A stretch of 64,000 nt of DNA, taken from NCBI GenBank assembly GCA_965202665.1, contig OZ241841.1, positions 352,001-416,000 on the forward strand, written 5' to 3'. The notes under the pieces are model-generated. The model made no database searches, had not been told where the DNA came from, and worked only from the letters and a program-made list of their open reading frames with translations. Position numbers and translations under genes: made by a program. Of the stretch, positions 40,800 to 50,805 are shown one piece after another (the first letter of the stretch is position 1; each line of letters opens with the position of its first letter). Origin of the DNA: Candidatus Spongiisociaceae bacterium (GTDB lineage Bacteria; Actinomycetota; Acidimicrobiia; Spongiisociales; Spongiisociaceae).

Positions 40800-42578
40800 A
40801 TGAAGAAGATGAAAGCCGCCGTTGCGTTGCTGGCGGCGGGTGCGGTGCTGGCGTCCGCCTGCGGGGGACGGGGCGGCGCGGGCGATGAAACCGTTCCGGC
40901 GGATGCGGGGAACTTGTGGGAAAGGCAGGAGTCCCTGCTGGCCCGGTCCGGCACGGAAGCTGTTACGGCCACCACGGCCGCCCCGGCGGTCACCGCCGCT
41001 CCCGCTACCACGGCGGCCGCGATGGAAACGGAAAGGCATTCTTTCAGCGTCGACGCCGCGGAAGACGACTCGGACTGGTCCATGTCCCGGACCTATACGC
41101 GGGAGTCGGATTGGGGGGCGGCCGAAGAAGCCTGGCCGTCGGAACCGGAGCCCTACCACCGCCCGGAACCGGATGAGACGACCTTCGAAGACTACCGGCG
41201 CGCCGGGTTCGTCCCCACCGAAGTGGACGGCCTCTCCACTTTCAGCCTGGACACCGACCGAACCTCGTTCCAGTTGGCCCTCAACTGGGCCAGATCCGGC
41301 TATGACATAAACCCGGATTCGGTGCGGGCCGAAGAATGGGCCAACTCCTTCGACTACCGCTACCGGCGTCCCGGAAGCGCCGAACGGTTCGCCATCACCT
41401 CCGACTTGGTGCGGCATCCGCTGGACCACGGCAAGCATCTGGTGCGCATCGGGTTCCAAGCCCCGGCCTGGCATGAGGTGGCGGGAAGCGACCGCCCGCT
41501 CAACGTGACGCTGGTGCTGGACTCGTCCGGTTCCATGGCGGAAGGCAACCGGGTGGCCATCGCCCGCTCGGCGGCGGAGATCATTCGCCGCAGCCTGCGC
41601 GACCAGGACCTGATCAGCGTGGTGCAGTTCAGCGAAGACGTCCTGCGCCGCCTGTCGGTCCCCCACTCCTCCCCCGACGACGAACGGATCGTCCAATCCA
41701 TCAGCCGCCTGGAACCACGCAACTCCACCAACGTGCAAGCCGGGCTGGACCTGGGGGTGCGGATGGCCGACCTGGCCCGCCGGGAGCGCCCCACGGCAGC
41801 AAACTACGTCATTCTGATGTCGGACGGGGTGGCCAATGTGGACGCCACCGACCCGTTCTCCATCCTGGAATCGGCCTACGACGCCGACCCGGCCAACCCG
41901 TTGCGGCTGATCACCATCGGAGTGGGGATAGCCAACTACAACGATGAGTTGCTGGAACAACTGGCCCAGTACGGCAACGGCTGGTACCGGTATCTGGACA
42001 CCCCCGAACAGGCCCGGGACGTGTTCGAGCGGGAAAGTTGGCTGTCCCTGTCGGTCCCGTTCGCCGACCAGGCCCGGGCGCAGGTGGCGTGGGACGAAGA
42101 AGCGGTGCGTTCCTGGCGCCTGGTCGGATACGAAAACCGGGTCACCTCCGACCGGTCGTTCTACGAAAACCGGAAAAAGTTCGCCGAAATACCGGCCGGG
42201 ACCGCCACCACCGTCTTCTACGAGGTGGAAATCAACGACTGGGCGGAACAGGGCCGGGACGGCGGGCTGGGCCTGGGACAGGTGCGGTTGCGGTGGGTGA
42301 ACCCGGACAACGGGCGCAACCGGGAGCAGATGTCCTGGATCGTGTCAGAACCGGAAACCGGTTTCTCCGGGGCGGATCCGCTGTTGCGGTTCGGAGCGGT
42401 GGTGGCCCTGTCCGCCGACCGCTACTCCAGCCTCCCCCACGCCGACCCGGACCGGGTGTACGCCGACCTGCGCCGCCTGTCCGATCACCTGCTGGGTTTG
42501 GAAGGGCGGCTGCGCGAAACCGCCGGCTACCGCGACTTCGGATACGTGCTGAACCGCCTGCTCTGGCTCACCGCCTGA
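40800..42578 (+). CDS. von Willebrand factor A domain lipoprotein (YfbK-like)
   Basis: GGAGG RBS, MKKMK..LASAC lipobox, STFSLDTD, VRAEEWAN-FDY, LDSSGSM (MIDAS), SDGVAN, RLVGYENR. Confidence 0.88.
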   Translation: MKKMKAAVALLAAGAVLASACGGRGGAGDETVPADAGNLWERQESLLARSGTEAVTATTAAPAVTAAPATTAAAMETERHSFSVDAAEDDSDWSMSRTYTRESDWGAAEEAWPSEPEPYHRPEPDETTFEDYRRAGFVPTEVDGLSTFSLDTDRTSFQLALNWARSGYDINPDSVRAEEWANSFDYRYRRPGSAERFAITSDLVRHPLDHGKHLVRIGFQAPAWHEVAGSDRPLNVTLVLDSSGSMAEGNRVAIARSAAEIIRRSLRDQDLISVVQFSEDVLRRLSVPHSSPDDERIVQSISRLEPRNSTNVQAGLDLGVRMADLARRERPTAANYVILMSDGVANVDATDPFSILESAYDADPANPLRLITIGVGIANYNDELLEQLAQYGNGWYRYLDTPEQARDVFERESWLSLSVPFADQARAQVAWDEEAVRSWRLVGYENRVTSDRSFYENRKKFAEIPAGTATTVFYEVEINDWAEQGRDGGLGLGQVRLRWVNPDNGRNREQMSWIVSEPETGFSGADPLLRFGAVVALSADRYSSLPHADPDRVYADLRRLSDHLLGLEGRLRETAGYRDFGYVLNRLLWLTA

Positions 42579-42618
42579 CCCGGGCTCCCCCTCCCGAAAA
42601 GGCCGGGCCCGGCCTACG

Positions 42619-43698
42619 TCAACCCGGGCCCGGCCCCGGGCCCTCATCTTTTGATCCGGGTTTGGTCAAACCTATGCGGCGGTAAGCCTCCTCGGGGATG
42701 GCCTCCACCGTCTTGTACACCGTCCAAGTGCATTTTTTGGGTTCCGGACCGGAGGTTTCATCCGGGTAGAGGGGCGAATCCACCACCCGCACCGGATGGC
42801 CCCACCGTTCGGCGGGCAGGCGCTCCAAGGCGAAACAGCAGTGGGCGCAGTAGTAGCACACCCCTTTCTCGTTCCAAGCCCAATCGTGTTCCTCCTGCGT
42901 CACGCCGAACCGGTAGGGGGGCAGAACCCGCGACCCGGTGCCCTCCTCCGGGTCGCCCCGCGAGGAGCGCCCGCCGGAGCCGCACGGGTCGAAACTGATC
43001 ACCCATCGGTCCTCGTATTCGTCGAAGTCCATGTCCCCCCGCCGCTCCGGGCCGCACAGGTGGGCCCGCATCGCCTCGACGGCGGTGTACAGATTGCGGA
43101 AGATGGTGTCGGCGTAGTCCCGTTCCCGCAGGTCGAAGGGCATGTAACGTTCCTGGATGTAAGGTTCCAACGTGCGGCGGTACATGTCCTCCAAAGAGGC
43201 CTCCCCGAAGCGGCCGGCGGCGAAAGCCAAAATCCCCGACAAGTAGTCCACCCACCGGTCGTGCAACATCCGCCACCCTTCCCGCAACCCGTCCATGTCG
43301 GAAACGGCCTCCCGCTCCCCGATCTCGCCGGAACGCACCAGGTTACCCAACCGGCCGGCCCGCTCCCCCAGTTCCTCCCACATCGTGAAAGGCAGAAACA
43401 GCGACCCGTCGGGCAACCGCAGCAGCCAGGCCAGCCTGCGCACCTCGGCGTCCAGTTCCTTCTCCCCCACCCCCCGCTCCCGCAGCCAACCCTCAAACCC
43501 CTCCGACCAAATCTTGTAAATGGAAAAAACCACTTTGGCCTCTTCCATGAAGTAGTCGATCAGCTGGGCGGCCGCCTCCGCTTCCCCTTCCCGCACCGCC
43601 TCCTCAATTTTGTCCACGGTGGGGATGATCTGGTCGGCCCAGTCGCCGGTGCGGACCCGTTTCCCCAAATCGTCGGACCAAGTGAGATTAGTAACCAT
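42619..43698 (-). CDS. Uncharacterised protein with FDPCGSG and CxYCAHC motifs (paralog A)
   Basis: Start MVTNLTWS after an AAAGGA RBS; aligns end to end with 52320-53447. Confidence 0.8.
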   Translation of the reverse strand: MVTNLTWSDDLGKRVRTGDWADQIIPTVDKIEEAVREGEAEAAAQLIDYFMEEAKVVFSIYKIWSEGFEGWLRERGVGEKELDAEVRRLAWLLRLPDGSLFLPFTMWEELGERAGRLGNLVRSGEIGEREAVSDMDGLREGWRMLHDRWVDYLSGILAFAAGRFGEASLEDMYRRTLEPYIQERYMPFDLRERDYADTIFRNLYTAVEAMRAHLCGPERRGDMDFDEYEDRWVISFDPCGSGGRSSRGDPEEGTGSRVLPPYRFGVTQEEHDWAWNEKGVCYYCAHCCFALERLPAERWGHPVRVVDSPLYPDETSGPEPKKCTWTVYKTVEAIPEEAYRRIGLTKPGSKDEGPGPGPG

Positions 43699-44569
43699 GG
43701 TTGCGGGTTCCTTTCTGATATGCTGGCGGTCGCTCCCGGGAGACCCTATCAACGCTACCATTCTTGGGCTGGGAGGCGCAGTCGCGTTCGCGGTCGGGTC
43801 GCTGATGACCAAACATTTCGTGGACCGGCTGCCCCCGTTGCAACTCATCGGCCCGCTTTACCTGCTCAACGCCGCCGTGCTGGCGCCGGCCGCCCCGTTC
43901 ACCGACTGGCATTGGACGCCCCGCATTGGAATATTGCATCTGATCAGCCTAGCCGTCATTTGCATTACCGCTTTGGCCATCTTCCGGTTGCTGGAACACG
44001 GGGCGGCCTCGGCGGTCACCACCGCCGCCGCCACCAGCCCTTTCCCGACCGTGCTGGCCACCGCCCTGCTGATACCGGCCGGGTTCCGATGGGTGGAAGC
44101 GGCGGCGGCGGCGCTGGTGGTGGGCGGGGTGCTGTGGGCGGTGTCCGACTCTTTCCAACGGCTGGGGAGGACGGCCACGGTGCTGACCGCGGCGGCCGCT
44201 TCGGCGGGCACCGGGATGACCACGGTTATGGCCCGCCTGCTCATCGACGAAGGGGCCGGACTGGTGGAAATCTACGTGGTGCGCACCGCGCTGGCCGGGG
44301 CCCTGTTCACCTTGGCCGCCCCGCCCCGGGACATTCCCCGCGGGGCCTGGCGGTGGCTGGCGTTGCGGTCCTGTTTCATCACCGGCGGGTTTTCCCTGTC
44401 CATCATCGGCTTGCGCTACGGAAGCCCGGCCCTGGTGCAAACCATGCTGGCCACCATGCCCCTGTTCGTGATCGGAGGGGAAACGATGCTCTCCCGCCGC
44501 CGCCCCAACCTGCGGGTGGCGGGAGCGGCCGCCCTGGCCGCGGCCGGGGTGGCCCTGGTGTCCTTCTAG
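43697..44569 (+). CDS. EamA/DMT-family transporter (start uncertain)
   Basis: About 10 hydrophobic segments in two repeats; SPFPTVLATALL, PLFVIGGE. Confidence 0.75.
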   Translation: MVAGSFLICWRSLPGDPINATILGLGGAVAFAVGSLMTKHFVDRLPPLQLIGPLYLLNAAVLAPAAPFTDWHWTPRIGILHLISLAVICITALAIFRLLEHGAASAVTTAAATSPFPTVLATALLIPAGFRWVEAAAAALVVGGVLWAVSDSFQRLGRTATVLTAAAASAGTGMTTVMARLLIDEGAGLVEIYVVRTALAGALFTLAAPPRDIPRGAWRWLALRSCFITGGFSLSIIGLRYGSPALVQTMLATMPLFVIGGETMLSRRRPNLRVAGAAALAAAGVALVSF

Positions 44570-44635
44570 CGCCGGGCGGGCCGCCGCCCCCCGAATTTCA
44601 ACCCCCGCCCAACTGTATGAAACCCGCCTGTTGCC

Positions 44636-44956
44636 TTACGCGGGGCACGACTGCGTCCGGCGGAGAAACTCCTCGCTTTCGGAATCATCCGCGGCCTGGT
44701 TGGGCGGTTGGTTGGTAACCGTCTGCGCCACTTCCGGGATGCCGTTGTCGTGAGCCAGGGTCCGAATCAGGCAGCTGGTGAGAAACTGCTGTTGATGCAG
44801 GACGGAATATATCTCCTTCAGCATCCGCCCGGTGATAGACAGGTGGGCGTCGTCCGCCAAGGCGTAAATGTCCTTGAACTTGCTCTCCGAGTCGGGATGG
44901 TCGGCCTCCAACCCCCGCTCGTCCATCATGCGCCACAGCACTTCCAGCTCGGTCAT
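44636..44956 (-). CDS. Hypothetical protein
   Basis: GGAGG RBS before ATG 44956; host-like codon usage; no motif recognised. Confidence 0.55.
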   Translation of the reverse strand: MTELEVLWRMMDERGLEADHPDSESKFKDIYALADDAHLSITGRMLKEIYSVLHQQQFLTSCLIRTLAHDNGIPEVAQTVTNQPPNQAADDSESEEFLRRTQSCPA

Positions 44957-45142
44957 TTTCCCCTCCCTATAGCGGACGACTGGGTTGTCCAAAGCATCAT
45001 AACCACCGGGGCGGATCTAGTTGAACAAGTCCGTCTGCAAGGCGGGCGGGGCGGTTTTCCCGGCAACCCCCGGGGGTTTGTCGGAGGGCTGTGCTAAAGT
45101 CCTTCCCGTTACGGAAACGGCGGCGAGACGAGGAGGGCCGAG

Positions 45143-45457
45143 ATGCAGCGAGCCTGCTTCACTTTTGAGATTTATCCGCACATGGCGGACGAGTACAAGA
45201 AGCGCCACGATGAGATCTGGCCGGAGCTGGTGGATCTTATCCGGGAGTCCGGCTTGAAGAACTACACCCTGTTCCGGCGGGGAACGCAGGTGATCGCCTA
45301 TGTGGAATGCCACCCGGATGTGGAAACCGCCTTCGCCAAGGTGGGGGCCTCCGAGGTGAACGCCCGCTGGTCCAAATGGTTCGAGGAGGTGATCGTCAGC
45401 CTGGTGGACGAGGACGGCAACCTCTACTGGGCGGACGAAGTTTGGCACCAGGACTGA
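45143..45457 (+). CDS. rhaM: L-rhamnose mutarotase-family protein
   Basis: EYKKRHDEIWPEL...GLKNYTLF...VNARW. Confidence 0.8.
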   Translation: MQRACFTFEIYPHMADEYKKRHDEIWPELVDLIRESGLKNYTLFRRGTQVIAYVECHPDVETAFAKVGASEVNARWSKWFEEVIVSLVDEDGNLYWADEVWHQD

Positions 45458-45476
45458 GCCTCCCCGTCCGCCCCTT

Positions 45477-46934
45477 TTGCCGGTAACGGCGAAGCGGAGC
45501 CCCCGGTTGCTTCTGTCCGAAGGCGCTCCCGCCGGCTCCCGGTTGCGGATCGGGCTGGTGTGCGTCTACTTCGGCCTGTTCGACGAGGCGATGCCCCCCG
45601 AATTCCGGGCCGAGCGGACGGCGGTCGCCGAACGGATGCGGGAACGGCTGGAACGGATGGGGGAAGTGGTCTATCCGGGGCTGGTGGACTCCGAGGAGGC
45701 GGGACGGGCGGCGGCGGCCCTGTTCGCCGAACAACCGGTGGACGTGATCGTGTTCGCCCCCACCATGGCCGCCCCGCCCGGCTACGGATGGGAAGCGATA
45801 CGGGAGTTGGACGGCGTCCCGGTGATCGCAGTGGGGGAACAGGAGTCGCAGGCCGTCCCCGACGACTACCACACCGAGGAGGCCACCCGGCGCAGCCTGA
45901 CCGTGGGCCTGCCGATGTTCACCAACGTGCTGTTCCGGTTCGGGCGCCCTTTCATCGCCTTATTCGGCCATTCCCAAATGCCGGGCATGGACAAAGCCAT
46001 TGGCGATGCGTTGTCGGCGGCGGCGGCCGCGGCGGCGGTGCGCGGTTGCCGGTTGCTGGCGGTGGGCGAGCCCATCCCCGGCTACCTGGATGTGGAAACC
46101 ACCCCGTCGGCCCTGGCTTCCCTGGGGGTGGAAACGGTTGCGGTGGACGCGGACGGGATCGGGGGGGCGTACGAGGCGGTGGACGGATCGGCGGTGCGGG
46201 AACTGGCCGGGCGAATACGGGGCTCCTGCCATTTGGAGGCGGTGGACGAGTCCGTCCTGGAACGTTCCGCCCGCTTGGCGCTGGCTTTGGAAAACTTGTG
46301 CGCCGAACACGGAGCGGCGGGCGGGGCGGTGAACTGCCATGGGGAGGTTCTGCGGCGCAACCCGCGGGTGGGCATCACCGCCTGCCTGGGGGTGACGCGG
46401 TGCAGCGAAATGGGACGGCCTTTCGCCTGCACCGGGGACATCCCGGCCGGGATCGCCCTGCTCATCGGCAAAAAGTTGGCCGGGGCCGCCCTGTATTGCG
46501 AGTTGTATCAACTGGACTTCGCAGGCGACTGGGTGCTGGCGGCCAACGGGGGGGAAGGCGACCCGGCCATCCGCCGCGATGGGGCCCCGTTGCGCCTGCT
46601 CCCCGAAGACCATTACCTGGGGGAGCGGGGGCCGGGCGTGGCGGCCGCTTTTGAACTTCCGGCGGGCCCGGCCACTTTGATGAGCCTGACCCACGTCGAC
46701 CATTCCGACGGATGGGCGCTGACGGTCGCCGAAGGGCAGATTGTAGGGTCCCGCCATCATCGGATGGACGGTCCCAACGGGATGTTCCGGTTCCGGTCCG
46801 GCTCGGTGGCCAAAGGCTACGTCCGCTGGTGCGCGGCGGGGGCCACCCACCACGCCGTCCTCATCCCCGGCCACCGCGCAAAAGATCTGAACAACGTCTC
46901 CAATTTCCTGAAAATTGACTACCGGCCCGTCTGA
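45477..46934 (+). CDS. L-fucose/L-arabinose isomerase-like protein (paralog A)
   Basis: VYPGLVD, G-PMFTNVL, NCH, ACTGD, GPATL, AEG, HHAVLIPGH. Confidence 0.72.
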   Translation: MPVTAKRSPRLLLSEGAPAGSRLRIGLVCVYFGLFDEAMPPEFRAERTAVAERMRERLERMGEVVYPGLVDSEEAGRAAAALFAEQPVDVIVFAPTMAAPPGYGWEAIRELDGVPVIAVGEQESQAVPDDYHTEEATRRSLTVGLPMFTNVLFRFGRPFIALFGHSQMPGMDKAIGDALSAAAAAAAVRGCRLLAVGEPIPGYLDVETTPSALASLGVETVAVDADGIGGAYEAVDGSAVRELAGRIRGSCHLEAVDESVLERSARLALALENLCAEHGAAGGAVNCHGEVLRRNPRVGITACLGVTRCSEMGRPFACTGDIPAGIALLIGKKLAGAALYCELYQLDFAGDWVLAANGGEGDPAIRRDGAPLRLLPEDHYLGERGPGVAAAFELPAGPATLMSLTHVDHSDGWALTVAEGQIVGSRHHRMDGPNGMFRFRSGSVAKGYVRWCAAGATHHAVLIPGHRAKDLNNVSNFLKIDYRPV

Positions 46935-47047
46935 ACCCGTCCGCCTCCATCGTCCGGGAAGCCCCGCTCGGTTAAAATGTCACACCCCCGGTCTAAGTTG
47001 AATTTCGCAAACGGAAAGGCGGCGCGCGCCGCGCCGAGGAGAAGGCC

Positions 47048-48634
47048 ATGACCACGCAACAGGACTCCCCGCATCCGCTTAATCGGCACATGGTGATCGC
47101 CGACAACCTGGAACTGTTGCGGGCGTTGGACAACGAAACGGTGGATCTGATCGTCACCGACCCACCCTTCGCCAAAAACGACGCCTTCACCGGCGACCTG
47201 AAGCCCCCCCTCGGCCCCGAAGAGCTGGCCCTGGAGCAACGCACCCTGGCCGACTGGGGAATCGACGGCCCGGCCGCAGCCGAGGCGGCGGGCGTCGAAT
47301 GGCCGCAAAACGGCGACGCCGCCGCCGCCGGGTTCTCCGACATCTGGGCCTGGGAGAAGGACGTCCACGAGGAGTGGCTGGACAAAATCGAGGCCGAGCG
47401 CCAAGCGGTGGCCAAAGCGATCGACGCCGCCCGCTTCTCGCATTCCGACGGGCACGCCGCCTACCTGTCCTACATGGCCATCCGCCTCATAGAAATGCGC
47501 CGCATCCTGAAACCCACCGGGTCGTTGTTTTTGCACTGCGACTCCACCGCCAACTCCTACCTGCGACAAGTGCTGGATGCGGTGTTCGGACCAAAAAACC
47601 TCCGCAACGAAATCGTTTGGTCTTACCGAACGGGCGGAGCCTCGAGAACCCGTTTCTCCAGCAAGCACGATACCATTTTTTTCTATTCCAAAACCTCGCA
47701 ATGGACATATAACAAACCTAAAGAAAAATCGTACACCAAATCCAAAACGCGCAAACCGGGTGTTGTCAACTACGGAGGCGGCGAGGCCGAATTTTTTCAG
47801 GACGAACAAGGCGTTTACAACCTGGTAAATATGCGGGACGTGTGGGATATTCCCTACATCGGCAGCACCGACCCGGAACGGACCGGCTATCCCACCCAAA
47901 AACCGGTCGCCCTTGCGGAACGGATCATCGGAGCGGCCTCCCGCCCGGGGGATATGGTGTTGGACCCGTTCGCCGGGTGCGCCTATGTACCGGTGGCGGC
48001 GGAACGGCTGGGACGGCAGTGGATCGCGTGCGACATCAACCCCCGCGCCCTGACCGTGGTGCGACGGCAGTTCAACAAGTTCCATTACGCGGTGGACGGC
48101 CAAAATCCGGACTTGGCCATGGAAGAAGGAAAACAGACCGCCCTGCTGGCCGACGCTGAAATCAAAATCGTCCGCCCCGACGCCATACCCCGGCGAACCA
48201 CCCAAGATCCGAAGCCCGCCGCGGCGGCTAAACCGCGCCAACGCAAATTCAAGCATCCCAGCAGTCACATACCGAAGGGGGAAATGCGCGATTTCCTGTT
48301 ACGGCTGTCCGGATGGCGGTGTTGGACCTGCGGATACGCCAACACCGTTGAAGCCTCGCCCGGCGAGTACCGGTTAGACCAGTCGGCGGACAACTTTGAG
48401 TTGGATCATATAACACCCATCACGCAGGGGGGCGACCATCAGATCACCAACCGGGCGGCCTTGTGCCCCTCCTGCAACAGGCGTAAAAGCGGACGGGACA
48501 TCACCCTCACCGCCTTCCGCGATGAAAACATCCGGAAAGGCCGCCTCCGGGTGCCCTCACCCGACCAACTAGTAGACTTAGCCCGGGCCAGACACGAAAC
48601 CCGCGAATACTACGTAAAATACCGCAACCAGTAA
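47048..48634 (+). CDS. N6/N4 DNA methyltransferase (beta class) fused to a C-terminal HNH endonuclease
   Basis: DNLELL, DPPF, NEIVW, YPTQKP, LDPFAGCA, then CWTCG...LDHITP...N...CPSCN-RK. Confidence 0.88.
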   Translation: MTTQQDSPHPLNRHMVIADNLELLRALDNETVDLIVTDPPFAKNDAFTGDLKPPLGPEELALEQRTLADWGIDGPAAAEAAGVEWPQNGDAAAAGFSDIWAWEKDVHEEWLDKIEAERQAVAKAIDAARFSHSDGHAAYLSYMAIRLIEMRRILKPTGSLFLHCDSTANSYLRQVLDAVFGPKNLRNEIVWSYRTGGASRTRFSSKHDTIFFYSKTSQWTYNKPKEKSYTKSKTRKPGVVNYGGGEAEFFQDEQGVYNLVNMRDVWDIPYIGSTDPERTGYPTQKPVALAERIIGAASRPGDMVLDPFAGCAYVPVAAERLGRQWIACDINPRALTVVRRQFNKFHYAVDGQNPDLAMEEGKQTALLADAEIKIVRPDAIPRRTTQDPKPAAAAKPRQRKFKHPSSHIPKGEMRDFLLRLSGWRCWTCGYANTVEASPGEYRLDQSADNFELDHITPITQGGDHQITNRAALCPSCNRRKSGRDITLTAFRDENIRKGRLRVPSPDQLVDLARARHETREYYVKYRNQ

Positions 48635-48651
48635 TAGGAAAGGAAATCAAA

Positions 48652-50805
48652 ATGAAGGCAGATGAAACTTTTTTGTTGACATTTCTTAATAATGCTCGGC
48701 AGTTGGCAGTTCCCATCTACCAAAGAACCTACTCTTGGGAGGAGCCTGAGTGCCAGCAGCTGTGGGATGACATCCTTAGAACAGGGAGTAACGATCAGAT
48801 CGAAACTCACTTTCTAGGTTCAATCGTATGCCTTGGTAAAATACAAGCGGTAACAAATCCAGAGCCGATGCTAATCATCGATGGACAACAACGGCTAACT
48901 ACTATAACCCTTTTGTTAGAAGCTATTGCTAGATCCATACAACAAGAGTCAGAAATAGTTACTGGATTCTCGACTAACAAGATCAGGTATAACTATTTAC
49001 ATAATGCAAACGAGTCGGGTGAAAAATATTATAAATTAATACTGAACAAAACTGACAAAGAAACCCTGTTTTCTATAATAGATGATGGTCCGATGCCCTC
49101 TATTCCTTCTATACGAATTAAAGAAAATTTTACCTTCTTTATGAATAAAATAGCGGAAGACAAACAAAAACTTTTAATAATTTGTGAAGGAATAGCAAAG
49201 CTGATGATAGTAGATATTTCATTAGACTGGAGTCAAGATAACCCTCAACTAATATTTGAGAGCTTGAATTCTACAGGAAAAGAGTTAAGTCAAGCTGATT
49301 TAATTCGTAATTTTGTACTGATGGGACAAGAGAAGAGGAAGCAGGATCACTTATATAATCGTTATTGGTATACCATGGAAAGTTCTTTTGGTCAAGAGAA
49401 CTATGCAAATGATTTTGATGATTTTATGCGCTATTATCTAACAGTCAAAAATGGAGTAACACCCAATAAAAGAGATGTATATAAGGAATTCAAGCTCTTA
49501 ACATACAAAGAATCACTTGATATAGAAGCCGTCATAAAAGATGTGCACAAATACTCCCAATACTACTGTTACTTGGCATTCGGCCAAGAAACAAATTCAG
49601 AACTGGATAGTAGCTTTTTTGATTTGCAACAATTGAAAACTTCGGTCACATATCCTCTACTACTTGAACTATATGATGATTATGAGAATAATGTATTGGG
49701 TCTGGAGGATTTTGTTACTGCCGTTGGAATCATAGAAAGTTATATTTTCCGTCGGGCGGTTTGTGATATACCATCAAGTTCAATGAAAAAGACCTTCGAA
49801 TCGTTTGCCAGGAAAATAGATAAATCAAACTATCTAGAAAGCCTTACAGCACAGTTTCTCTTATTGCAAACATATAGACGATTCCCCGATAACCAGGAAT
49901 TTGTGGATAAGCTTATTAAAAAAGATATATATAATTTTCAACGCCGTGAATATCTACTTCGCAAGTTAGAAAACTACGGTCGCAAAGAGGCAGTGTCTGT
50001 TAATGAATATACAATAGAGCATATAATGCCTCAAAACGAGAATCTGTCTTCGGCCTGGCGGGAAGATTTGGGAGAAGATTGGGAAGATATTCACACGAAC
50101 CTGTTACATACTTTGGGTAATCTTACCCTAACAGGATACAACAGCGAGTACAGCGATCGCCCATTTGTCGAAAAAAGAGATATGAAAGGCGGGTTTCGAC
50201 AATCTCCATTACTACTTAATAGAGAATTAGGCTCTTTTGGAAAATGGGACAAGGAAGCAATTCAGCACCGTGCCAATCTCTTATCAAAAAGAGCAACCAA
50301 AGTGTGGCCATTTCCGGACTTACCAGACACTGTTATTGATCGATATCGGCCTGTAAAAGCGAAAGGTGTAAGATTTGCTAATTACACCATTGATGATCAC
50401 AAACATCTTATGAAAGGTGCTGCTATGTACCCTCTCTTTCAACGCTTATCACAAGAAATACAGAACCTTGATCCTACCGTGGTAGAGGTTTTTAGAAAAT
50501 ATTATGTTCCATATAAGGTTGAAGACACCAATTTTACAACCATAGAGGGTTATGCAAATAGTTTACAGATAGGCCTATGTATGCCTCTCGCTAAAATTTA
50601 TGATCCTCGTAAGGTGGCTAAGCCAGTACCCCCCGAACATGACCGGGGACGCTCTGAAGCCAGCGTTCGAATCTACGGCACTGATGATATACCTTATGTT
50701 ATGGGGCTTATTCGTCAGGCCTTCCAGCATTTGATCGAAGACGAGGACGAGGACAACCTCCGCCAACCTGAGCCTCTAGGAGACTTGGATGAAGCCTATT
50801 TTTAG
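48652..50805 (+). CDS. GmrSD-family type IV restriction endonuclease (DUF262-DUF1524 plus C-terminal DUF5655-like domain)
   Basis: PIYQR-YSW, DGQQRLTT, IFESLNSTG, EHIMP...GNLTL..N; low GC. Confidence 0.9.
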   Translation: MKADETFLLTFLNNARQLAVPIYQRTYSWEEPECQQLWDDILRTGSNDQIETHFLGSIVCLGKIQAVTNPEPMLIIDGQQRLTTITLLLEAIARSIQQESEIVTGFSTNKIRYNYLHNANESGEKYYKLILNKTDKETLFSIIDDGPMPSIPSIRIKENFTFFMNKIAEDKQKLLIICEGIAKLMIVDISLDWSQDNPQLIFESLNSTGKELSQADLIRNFVLMGQEKRKQDHLYNRYWYTMESSFGQENYANDFDDFMRYYLTVKNGVTPNKRDVYKEFKLLTYKESLDIEAVIKDVHKYSQYYCYLAFGQETNSELDSSFFDLQQLKTSVTYPLLLELYDDYENNVLGLEDFVTAVGIIESYIFRRAVCDIPSSSMKKTFESFARKIDKSNYLESLTAQFLLLQTYRRFPDNQEFVDKLIKKDIYNFQRREYLLRKLENYGRKEAVSVNEYTIEHIMPQNENLSSAWREDLGEDWEDIHTNLLHTLGNLTLTGYNSEYSDRPFVEKRDMKGGFRQSPLLLNRELGSFGKWDKEAIQHRANLLSKRATKVWPFPDLPDTVIDRYRPVKAKGVRFANYTIDDHKHLMKGAAMYPLFQRLSQEIQNLDPTVVEVFRKYYVPYKVEDTNFTTIEGYANSLQIGLCMPLAKIYDPRKVAKPVPPEHDRGRSEASVRIYGTDDIPYVMGLIRQAFQHLIEDEDEDNLRQPEPLGDLDEAYF

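Noticed and set aside
45108-45128. Additional LacI operator upstream of the mutarotase (CGGAAACGGCGGCG)
   Set aside because: Only the left half-site matches; too weak to call
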